Part shown: positions 48,036 through 56,063 of the stretch, one piece after another | How the letters are laid out: each line of letters starts with the position of its first letter | Position numbering within the stretch: the stretch's first letter is position 1 | Assembly: GCA_018061825.1 (NCBI GenBank) | Contig: JAGOTK010000002.1 | Location: forward strand, 100 to 64,099 | Origin: Minisyncoccota bacterium | Lineage (GTDB): Bacteria; Patescibacteriota; Minisyncoccia; Phycocordibacterales; UBA5272 | Direction: 5' to 3' | DNA: 64,000 bases | Position numbers and translations under genes: made by a program | The notes under the pieces: model-generated | Databases searched by the model: none | Told to the model about the DNA's origin: nothing | The model's input: only the letters and a program-made list of their open reading frames with translations

Positions 48036-48119
48036 GCGTCGGTGGTAGAGTGGTCAAATACAACAGACTGTAAATCTGTCGCCCATCGGGCTACGTTGGT
48101 TCAAATCCAACCCGGCGCA
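48036..48119 (+). tRNA. tRNA-Tyr (anticodon GTA), type II with long variable arm, discriminator A, no encoded CCA
   Basis: Acceptor stem gcgtcgg/ccggcgc (one G-U), anticodon stem acaga/tctgt with loop ctGTAaa, variable arm cgcccatcgggctacg, T-arm gttgg-ttcaaat-ccaac. Confidence 0.85.
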
Positions 48120-48168
48120 CATTTTGTTTTTTAATAATATTAGAATATTTTTCTATATTTAACCAATC

Positions 48169-48555
48169 ATGACGTCAATTTTTACAAAAATTATAAATAG
48201 AGAAGTTCCTGCTAATATTTTTTATGAAGATGAAAAATTTATTTCTATTTTAGATATTAAACCTGTTCGTGATGGACATATTTTAGTAATTCCAAAAAAA
48301 GAGATTGATTATATTTTTGATTTAGACGATCATGAATATTTAGAATTAATGTCTGTGTCAAAAAAAGTAGCATTATTATTAGGTGAAAAATTAAAAGGAA
48401 AGTTGGATTTTTCTAGAATAGCGATAGTGGTAGAAGGTATAGAGGTTTCTCATGTGCATGTACATTTAATCCCAGTTTTAAATGCTGAAGGTTTAGCCAT
48501 AGGTAGAGTAAATAAAATGACTCTCGATGAAGTAAGAAAAATACTTTTTGATTAA
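48169..48555 (+). CDS. HIT-family (histidine triad) nucleotide hydrolase
   Basis: VSHVHVHLIP histidine triad. Confidence 0.75.
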   Translation: MTSIFTKIINREVPANIFYEDEKFISILDIKPVRDGHILVIPKKEIDYIFDLDDHEYLELMSVSKKVALLLGEKLKGKLDFSRIAIVVEGIEVSHVHVHLIPVLNAEGLAIGRVNKMTLDEVRKILFD

Positions 48556-48578
48556 TTTAATGATAAAATAATTTCGTA

Positions 48579-49520
48579 ATGAAAAAAACTTTTAAAAATA
48601 TTTTTAAGATTTGCATTTACTTATTTGCAGTATGGGGTTTTGTTTTAACTGTAGTTTTTTTTGCTATGAAATTAGGATTAACAAAATCAAATAGTCTTAT
48701 AGATAGTCAATCTGATTATTTTAAAAAATTAACAATAGATTCTAAAAATGGTGATGATGAAAGATCTGTGGTAGCTCAAAAAGATTGGATAAAAATAAGG
48801 TATATGCCAGAATGGCAAGTTATTAAAGTTGGATTAACAAATGAGTCTTCAATTATAAATAAAGTCTCACAAGAAACTGGAATAAATCCTAGACTCTTAA
48901 TAACTCCATTGATAGCTGAGCAATTGCGACTCATGACGAGTGAGAGGGAAACTTTTAAAAAATATTTTGCTCCACTTGGTGTTCTTGGAAATCAAACTCA
49001 ATTTAGTCTTGGAATTTTTGGTATAAAAGAAAATACAGCGAAAGAAATTGAGATGAATTTAAAAGATCCTTCAAGTGTTTATTATTTAGGAAGTGAATAT
49101 GAAAATGTACTGGACTACGGTGACACTTCTTCAAGCACTATAATAGTAGATAAAAATTCTCTCGATATAATTAAAAATTCTTCTTCTACAAATTCATCTA
49201 CTACAAAGCTCTTATCTGGAAATGATGCAGAAAGAATCAAGAGATTAACAAATAGTAAAGATCATTATTATTCTTATCTTTATGCTGCGATATATTTAAA
49301 AGAAATAATGTCAGCATGGGAAAGATCAGGATACAGTATTTCAGATAGGCCAGAAATAGTAGCAACTGTCTATAATCTTGGTTTTCAAAAATCAAATCCT
49401 AACTCTGATCCAAAAGTTGGTGGAGCAGAGATTGATCTTAATGGAAATAAGTATTCTTTTGGATCTATTGCCTTTTATTTTTATTTTTCAAATGATCTTA
49501 TAGATATCTTTCCAAGATAA
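48579..49520 (+). CDS. Hypothetical secreted/membrane-anchored protein (313 aa)
   Basis: N-terminal TM/signal; no motifs. Confidence 0.35.
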   Translation: MKKTFKNIFKICIYLFAVWGFVLTVVFFAMKLGLTKSNSLIDSQSDYFKKLTIDSKNGDDERSVVAQKDWIKIRYMPEWQVIKVGLTNESSIINKVSQETGINPRLLITPLIAEQLRLMTSERETFKKYFAPLGVLGNQTQFSLGIFGIKENTAKEIEMNLKDPSSVYYLGSEYENVLDYGDTSSSTIIVDKNSLDIIKNSSSTNSSTTKLLSGNDAERIKRLTNSKDHYYSYLYAAIYLKEIMSAWERSGYSISDRPEIVATVYNLGFQKSNPNSDPKVGGAEIDLNGNKYSFGSIAFYFYFSNDLIDIFPR

Positions 49521-49552
49521 TTTTTTATAATTTATAGGTTATAATATTTATT

Positions 49553-50125
49553 ATGAAAACAGCAATTATTATTCATGGCATGCCTTCAAAAGAGTCTTAT
49601 TTTGATATTACAAAAGATAGTCAATCTAATTCTCATTTTATACCTTGGATTCAAAACCAATTAGTGGTAAATAATATATTAGCACAGACTCCAGAGATGC
49701 CAACTCCATATCTTCCAGATTATGAATCTTGGAAAAAAGAATTTGAAAGATTTGATATCAATGAAAATACTATTTTAGTTGGACATTCTTGCGGTGCTGG
49801 ATTTATTATTCGATATCTTTCAGAAAATAATGTAAAAGTAAATAAAGTCGCATTGGTTGCTCCATGGATTAACGTAAATTACGAAGAAGATATAAATTTT
49901 TTTGATTTTGAAATTGATAAAAATTTATTAGAAAAAGTAAAATATATAAAAATATTTTCTTCTAAAGACGATACGGAAGATATTATAAATAGTATAAAAA
50001 AGATAAAAGAAGAAATAATTAATATTGAATCTAAAATTGTAGAGTTTGAGAATAGAGGACATTTTACTTTTGGAGATATGAAAACTAGAGAATTTCCAGA
50101 GCTTTTAGAATATTTAATTTCATAA
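49553..50125 (+). CDS. Small alpha/beta-hydrolase (YdeN/RBBP9-like serine hydrolase)
   Basis: GHSCG nucleophile elbow (ILVGHSCGAG); about 190 aa. Confidence 0.55.
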   Translation: MKTAIIIHGMPSKESYFDITKDSQSNSHFIPWIQNQLVVNNILAQTPEMPTPYLPDYESWKKEFERFDINENTILVGHSCGAGFIIRYLSENNVKVNKVALVAPWINVNYEEDINFFDFEIDKNLLEKVKYIKIFSSKDDTEDIINSIKKIKEEIINIESKIVEFENRGHFTFGDMKTREFPELLEYLIS

Positions 50126-50128
50126 AAT

Positions 50129-51412
50129 ATGCAAAATATCAAAAACAAATTTTCTATATTTGAAAATTATAAAAAAGATAATGAGGAAGAATTAATTTAT
50201 TTAGATTCTTCTGCTTCTTCACTCACTCCAGACTCTGTTGTCAAAAAGATGAATGAATATTATTTTGATTACAGATCAAATATTGATAGAGCTATATCAA
50301 AAATTGCAATAAAGGCGACAGATGAATTTAATGAATCAAGAAAAATTCTTTCTAGATATTTAAATTGTGAAGAGGACGAATTGATTTGGACCGGTGGTGC
50401 TACCTCTAGTAGTAATATGCTAATAGATATGATCTCTATTCATGATGACGAGCATAATTTTATAGAAAAAGGAGATGAGATTTTGACTACTATAATGGAG
50501 CATCATTCATCATTGCTTCCATTACAGAAATTGGCAAAAGAAAAAAAAATGAATATTAAATTTATAGAATTAGATCAAAATTTAGAGCTTTTTTATACAA
50601 GAGTAAAAGAAATTGTTACTAAGAAGACAAAAATAGTCTCCATATCACTTGCTTCAAATATACTTGGAAATATAAACGATGTTAAAAAAATAATAGAAGA
50701 AGTGAAGAGCGTTAATAAAGATATTTTTGTGATTTGTGATATGACTGCAGCTTTTGGACATATAAATATAGACTTAAAAGAAATGAGGAAATATATAGAT
50801 GCGGGATATTTTTCATTTCATAAAGCTTTTGGTCCAACAGGAGTAGGAGTTTTGTTTTTAAAAAGAGATTTTTCTAGAAATATGACTCCTAGCATGGTAG
50901 GTGGTGGAATCATCTCTCATGTGGAAAAGGAAAGTGCAGATTTTCGAAGTGATATCAAAGTATTTGAAGCAGGAACTGCAAATATTGCTGGAATAATAGG
51001 TGCTGGAGAAGCTGTCAATTTTTTAGAAAGTATTGAAGATATATCATTTATTCATTCTAAAAATCTTGTAAGAATATTTCTAGAAAAATTAAATTTATTA
51101 AATGACAATTATAAGCAAAATAAAAATCTTGAAATAAAAGTCTTCGTAGGAGATTTTTCTAAGAATATAGGCATAGTTTCTTTTCAGATTTTTGTAAATG
51201 AAAAAGAAGTTCATCCACATGATGTGGCAGATATTTTTGCAAGAGACAATATCTCAGTCCGTGCTGGACATCATTGTGCAGAACCACTTATTAAGTATTT
51301 AAATATTCCAAATGGATTAACTAGAGTTTCTTTTCATATTTACAACACAGAGAAAGAGATAGAAAAAATAATCAATACTATAGAAAAAATAAAAGATATT
51401 TTTGGGAAATAA
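50129..51412 (+). CDS. sufS: Cysteine desulfurase, SufS-like (class V aminotransferase)
   Basis: PLP lysine SFHKAFGPTG; catalytic cysteine RAGHHCAEP. Confidence 0.75.
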   Translation: MQNIKNKFSIFENYKKDNEEELIYLDSSASSLTPDSVVKKMNEYYFDYRSNIDRAISKIAIKATDEFNESRKILSRYLNCEEDELIWTGGATSSSNMLIDMISIHDDEHNFIEKGDEILTTIMEHHSSLLPLQKLAKEKKMNIKFIELDQNLELFYTRVKEIVTKKTKIVSISLASNILGNINDVKKIIEEVKSVNKDIFVICDMTAAFGHINIDLKEMRKYIDAGYFSFHKAFGPTGVGVLFLKRDFSRNMTPSMVGGGIISHVEKESADFRSDIKVFEAGTANIAGIIGAGEAVNFLESIEDISFIHSKNLVRIFLEKLNLLNDNYKQNKNLEIKVFVGDFSKNIGIVSFQIFVNEKEVHPHDVADIFARDNISVRAGHHCAEPLIKYLNIPNGLTRVSFHIYNTEKEIEKIINTIEKIKDIFGK

Positions 51413-51446
51413 AAAAAGCGTTGTATCATTACAACGCTTTTTTAAA
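51413..51446. terminator. Bidirectional terminator (aaaaagcgttgta/tacaacgcttttt)
   Basis: Inverted repeat between convergent genes. Confidence 0.55.
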
Positions 51447-51460
51447 AATAGCTAAAGCTT

Positions 51461-52501
51461 TTACAGTACTTCAAAAATCTTTGACTCTTCAGGATAAAGT
51501 TTCTTTATTTTATCTGTCACTATTCTTATGTTCTCTACATAATTATCATGTGTTACAATATAATAAAAAAAAGATAAAAGTTCTTCAAGGGTTAATTTTC
51601 TGTCCCTTCTTTCCGCCATCTTTAAAGAGTGGTTAAGATTTCCTGATGCTATAGCTTTAATCAAAGCTTCTTCTTTTTTGGCTAATACAAGACTACTTTT
51701 AAAATGAATTTCTAGATTTTTTAAATCCTTTTTTTCTTTGTCTGAGAGATGTGTACTTTCTATCAACTTGTTGAGCATGGTTTCTAATTCTTTTCGAGTT
51801 AACTTTTTATCAGATAGTCTTGATAAGATCATAGCTTCACTATAATTGCCTTTTTTTATAGCATCAGCTCTTTCTTTTAAAAACCATTCTTCTTTCAATT
51901 TTTTTCTGTAAATATTTTCCAATATTAATACGTCTTCCAATTTACAGCAATGAGAATATTTTAAAAGTGTGGATTTTTCTTTAGGCTTTAAAGTCCTATC
52001 CAGCATCTTTAAAATCTCAGCCACATCTTCTAGATTATAATATCCGATTTGCATTTCCAGTGACTTTTCCAAAACTTTAGCTGAAATTTCTCTTTCTAAT
52101 TTTTTAGAAAAAAATCTAATACATTGCTAGGATTTTATTTTTGCTGATAACTCTAAAAGAATTTCTAACATTTCAGAAGCAGAACATTCAGGGAAAAGCT
52201 CTTTAAATATCTTTTCTGAATATTCTAAATGACCATTCCTTAATTCTGCTTTTATTAATAGTCTTTTTTCATCTTTACTCAAATCTTTTTTGAGAAAATT
52301 TGCAATTTCAATTGCAGAATCTTTGTGACCATTGTTTAAGTATCTCTGTTTTTCGTTTTCTAGCTCCTGCATCATTGCATCTTTTTGTGTGGCATTCAAA
52401 GAGTTTAAGAGAAAAATAGCTAGATCAAATTTTTGATTTAAAATTAAGCTTTTTATTTTTTCAAATAATTTTTCGATGTTTAAATCTAATGTTTTTTGCA
52501 T
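51461..52501 (-). pseudogene. Alpha-helical-repeat protein gene interrupted by a single in-frame TAG (52127-52129); the two ORF halves (124 aa and ~197-203 aa) are in the same frame
   Basis: Frame arithmetic: both minus-strand ORFs have their highest codon coordinate ≡ 1 mod 3; the 54-nt 'gap' reads through as …AKIKS*QCIRFFSKKLEREISAKVLEKSLEMQIGYY…. Confidence 0.45.
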
Positions 52502-52644
52502 TGTAAAAAGTTTTAAGTTTTTGAAATATTGTTTTTGAATGAATTTTATACCCCTTATGTTAAGGTGGTAGCTTTTTGTATACTATTAAAAAGAAGGCAA
52601 TATGTCAAGGTTGCGATATTTAATAATTGTGTTATTTTTAAATT

Positions 52645-53031
52645 ATGAATAATGATTTTTTATACGAAGAAAATATCTTAGAGCATTACAGAAATCCAAA
52701 AAATAAAGTTGAGAAAGATTTTGGTGTATGTGAGACTTGTGGAATTGGTGAAAATGTAGATTGTGGAGATAAAGCAGAGCTATTTCTTGATATTGAGGAA
52801 GGTAAGATAAAAAGTCTGTCCTGGAGCGGAAATGGCTGCGCTATATCGCAAGCAGCAATGAGTATGATGACAGAAAAGATAAAAAATGGTAGATTGAGTA
52901 TTCAAGATTTAAAACTGTGGACTCCTGCTGTGATTTATGAGTTATTAGGAGTAAAAATTTCTCCATCAAGAGTGAGTTGTGCATTACTCTCCTATAAATG
53001 TTTAGAAGATTTATTAAAAAAGATAAAATAA
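52645..53031 (+). CDS. sufU: Fe-S cluster scaffold, SufU/IscU (NifU N-terminal) family
   Basis: Conserved Cys/Asp ligand pattern (…CGD…GNGCAISQA…C…). Confidence 0.7.
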   Translation: MNNDFLYEENILEHYRNPKNKVEKDFGVCETCGIGENVDCGDKAELFLDIEEGKIKSLSWSGNGCAISQAAMSMMTEKIKNGRLSIQDLKLWTPAVIYELLGVKISPSRVSCALLSYKCLEDLLKKIK

Positions 53032-53035
53032 AATT

Positions 53036-53740
53036 ATGAAATTAAAAGTAAAAAATTTAAAAGTTAAATTAAATGAAAAGGATAAAGAAGTAATATCTGA
53101 AGCTAGCTTTGAATTACTTTCTGGAGAAATAATTCTTTTAAATGGAGAAAATGGAAGTGGAAAATCTTCTCTTCTTTCTGCTATTTTTAAACATCCAAAT
53201 TATAGTATAGAAAAAGGGGAAATTATTTTAGAAAATGAAAATGAAAAAGAAGAAATAGATCTTACTAATTTAAAGACTTTTGAAATTTCAAAGTATGGAT
53301 TTTATCTTTCACTTCAACATGTGCCAGAGATTGAAGGAGTAAATCTTTTACAATTTCTTTTTAGATCTTATAAAAATATGAGTGAAGAAAATACTTTAGG
53401 AGTATTGGAATTTAATAAAACTTTAGAAGAATTTTGTAATAAATATGAAATAAATAAAGAGTTTTTAAAAAGAGATTTAAATGTTGGATTTTCTGGAGGA
53501 GAAAAGAAACAAGCTGAAATGCTTCATCTTTTTGCACTTGCGCCAAAATTTGTATTTATGGATGAGATAGATTCTGGAGTTGATAAAGAAGCTATTAAGA
53601 AAGTATTTCAAATTATAAATGATTTTAATAAAGATTTTGGTACATCGTTTTGTATAATCTCTCATAGAGAAGATATAAAAGACTTTTTAAAAATTGATAG
53701 ATTTTATGAAATGAAAGAAGGTAGACTAAAATTAATTTAA
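53036..53740 (+). CDS. sufC: Fe-S cluster assembly ATPase SufC
   Basis: Walker [14 protein letters not shown] signature FSGGEKKQ, Walker B FMDEIDSGVD. Confidence 0.75.
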   Translation: MKLKVKNLKVKLNEKDKEVISEASFELLSGEIILLNGENGSGKSSLLSAIFKHPNYSIEKGEIILENENEKEEIDLTNLKTFEISKYGFYLSLQHVPEIEGVNLLQFLFRSYKNMSEENTLGVLEFNKTLEEFCNKYEINKEFLKRDLNVGFSGGEKKQAEMLHLFALAPKFVFMDEIDSGVDKEAIKKVFQIINDFNKDFGTSFCIISHREDIKDFLKIDRFYEMKEGRLKLI

Positions 53741-53744
53741 ATCT

Positions 53745-54065
53745 ATGTTAGATCAAAAAGAAATTGAAATAAAAGTCTTGGAATCATTAAAAAAAGTTAT
53801 AGATCCAGAATTGGGTATTGATATAGTAGAGCTCGGTCTTATTAGAAAAATAGAGATCGGTGATTATTTAGAAGATTTTAAAGTTTATGAATATATAAAG
53901 GTTGTCATGACTTTGACTAGTGTGATGTGTCCATTTGCAGATGAGATTATTTCTCAAGTAGAAAGTCAGACAAATATTTTGAATTTTGGAGAAGCGCAAG
54001 TAGAGCTTGATTTTACAGAGCCTTGGGAGCCAAGTGAAGAATTAAAAATGAAATTGGGTATATAA
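53745..54065 (+). CDS. sufT: DUF59/MIP18-family Fe-S assembly protein (SufT-like)
   Basis: …VIDPELGIDIVELGLI… signature. Confidence 0.6.
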   Translation: MLDQKEIEIKVLESLKKVIDPELGIDIVELGLIRKIEIGDYLEDFKVYEYIKVVMTLTSVMCPFADEIISQVESQTNILNFGEAQVELDFTEPWEPSEELKMKLGI

Positions 54066-54102
54066 TAAAAATAAAAAAAAGACCTTAATGAAGGTCTTTT
54101 TT

Positions 54103-54894
54103 TTATTTTATATTTAATAATTTATTTATTATTTTTTCAAAATACAATACATCTTTTGCTCCTGAAACTTTATTTATTATTATATTATCATCACCATCTC
54201 TAAATAATATAAGTGTGTATGGAGTACCATCAAGTCCAGCTTCTATAGCGTCTTGAGTATCAGATTCAAATTCTTGATTGTAAACCTTATTGTTTACACA
54301 AGTCATAAATTCATCTTTATTAAAATCTTTTTTTATTTCTGATTTTGATTGCTTTGCTTCTTCAACAGCAAAAAATGCTATATCTGGTAAAGTGCTTTGA
54401 TCTAGGCCATTATTTGTAGGAGACACAGAGTATATTCTGTTTATGAAATTTATATAAGCATTTTGTCCATAAAGCTCTCTTGTACAAAGAGATGCATTTA
54501 TTTCATTTGGAGCTTTATCATGATAGCTTTGTGCAAAATGTCTATAAACAATACCAATCTGTGCTTCTGAATAATTGTTTAGATTTAAAGCGTATTCTTT
54601 TTGTAGGATTTGAATAGTATTTTCTTGAAGCATTTTACAAAAAGGGCATTCAAAATCAGAATATACTAATATTGTAATTTTGTTTTTATTATTCCCCAAT
54701 ATATATTCATTGTCTTTAAATTCTTTTCCTTGAAACATTTTGTCAGCATTTATTATTTTAGAAAGAGAATCATCTTTTTTTGGACTTTTATTTAAAAAAT
54801 ATCCATAAGATACTATAGATATACCTATGATTAAAGATCCTATTATTATTGATAAATTTGTCTGGTTTTTAAAAAATTTCTTTATACTATTCAT
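54103..54894 (-). CDS. DsbA-like thioredoxin-fold protein (CPFC) with N-terminal TM
   Basis: DFECPFCKML CxxC. Confidence 0.65.
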   Translation of the reverse strand: MNSIKKFFKNQTNLSIIIGSLIIGISIVSYGYFLNKSPKKDDSLSKIINADKMFQGKEFKDNEYILGNNKNKITILVYSDFECPFCKMLQENTIQILQKEYALNLNNYSEAQIGIVYRHFAQSYHDKAPNEINASLCTRELYGQNAYINFINRIYSVSPTNNGLDQSTLPDIAFFAVEEAKQSKSEIKKDFNKDEFMTCVNNKVYNQEFESDTQDAIEAGLDGTPYTLILFRDGDDNIIINKVSGAKDVLYFEKIINKLLNIK

Positions 54895-54969
54895 ATTTTT
54901 GTATTAAAAAGATTATAACATAGTATTTTTTAACCTAGTTTTGCGATGCTTTTTAAGTAAATTTTTTTA

Positions 54970-55320
54970 ATGTTATACTTTATTTATATGATTAATCTTA
55001 TTTTCACTTTTGTTTCTGTATTTTTAGCTGTCAAAGTAGTAGGTGTATATTATTCTGGATGGGTAGCCTTGATAATTTTTTCAGTTATTTTAACTATTAT
55101 AAATTCTACAATAAAGCCTATTGTTAATTTTCTTACTTGGCCTATAAATTTTTTAACATTAGGTTTTTTTAGATTAATTTTAAATGTTTTGTTTTTGGAA
55201 TTAGCAAGCTATTTAACTCCAGGTTTTTTCTTTGCAAGTATTTGGCAAACAATGATTTTTGTATTGATACTCCATGTTATAGAGTGGATTTTATTTAGGT
55301 TTGAAATTAATAAATATTAG
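54970..55320 (+). CDS. DUF360/YvlD-like 4-TM membrane protein (holin superfamily IV-like)
   Basis: GW…N…P…LTLGFF…N pattern. Confidence 0.45.
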   Translation: MLYFIYMINLIFTFVSVFLAVKVVGVYYSGWVALIIFSVILTIINSTIKPIVNFLTWPINFLTLGFFRLILNVLFLELASYLTPGFFFASIWQTMIFVLILHVIEWILFRFEINKY

Positions 55321-55411
55321 TGTATACTAGTTTTAGTTAAATACTTTTTTATGAAAAATTTAAATTAAAAGGAGGTATTTCAGATCTAGATAGCCAATTT
55401 TTCTAAATTGG

Positions 55412-55867
55412 CTATTTTATTTTTTTAATATCTTCATCTTCGTTCAATTCTTCAATATCTTCCTGTATTCCTTCTACGTCTTCACTTATTTCTTCAATAT
55501 TTTCTTGTATCCCTTCCATATCTTCACTGAGCTCTTCTATGTCTTCACTGATCTCTTCTATGTCTTCTTGTATATCGTCTACGTCTTCACTAATTTCTTC
55601 TATATCTTCTTGTATATCATCTACGTCTTCTGCGATTTCAGCAATATCTTCTGAATGTTTGTTTACGGTCATTTGTATAAAAAGTGAAAGATAAATAGCT
55701 TCAAGAGATACTATGGTAGTCAGTATTAGCATTACTTTATCTGCATTGTATCCTAATATTATCAATACTATAAAAAATAAAAATATTATAGTATGAATAA
55801 CTATAGACCATATAGATCCTATCCAATTTGTTATTTTCATTGCAAAATTTTCTAGATTATTTTTCAT
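55412..55867 (-). CDS. Membrane protein with C-terminal tandem acidic repeats (…EDVDDIQEDIEEIS… about 5 times)
   Basis: Two N-terminal TM helices; DNA-level ~42-nt tandem repeats across about 55425-55665. Confidence 0.5.
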   Translation of the reverse strand: MKNNLENFAMKITNWIGSIWSIVIHTIIFLFFIVLIILGYNADKVMLILTTIVSLEAIYLSLFIQMTVNKHSEDIAEIAEDVDDIQEDIEEISEDVDDIQEDIEEISEDIEELSEDMEGIQENIEEISEDVEGIQEDIEELNEDEDIKKIK

Positions 55868-56063
55868 AGTATTTATTTTTTCTTTTCAAATTTTAATAAA
55901 GTTTAGATGTTTAATTTAAAAGTATTCTAACATGATTATTTATAAATATAAAAATTTAGTATTTATGTCACAAAAGACAGTTCTTTTTAATTAGTTTTTT
56001 ATTTGATATAGTATATATATTAGTATCTTATTTAGATTTGGTAAATTATTATTATTTAAAATT

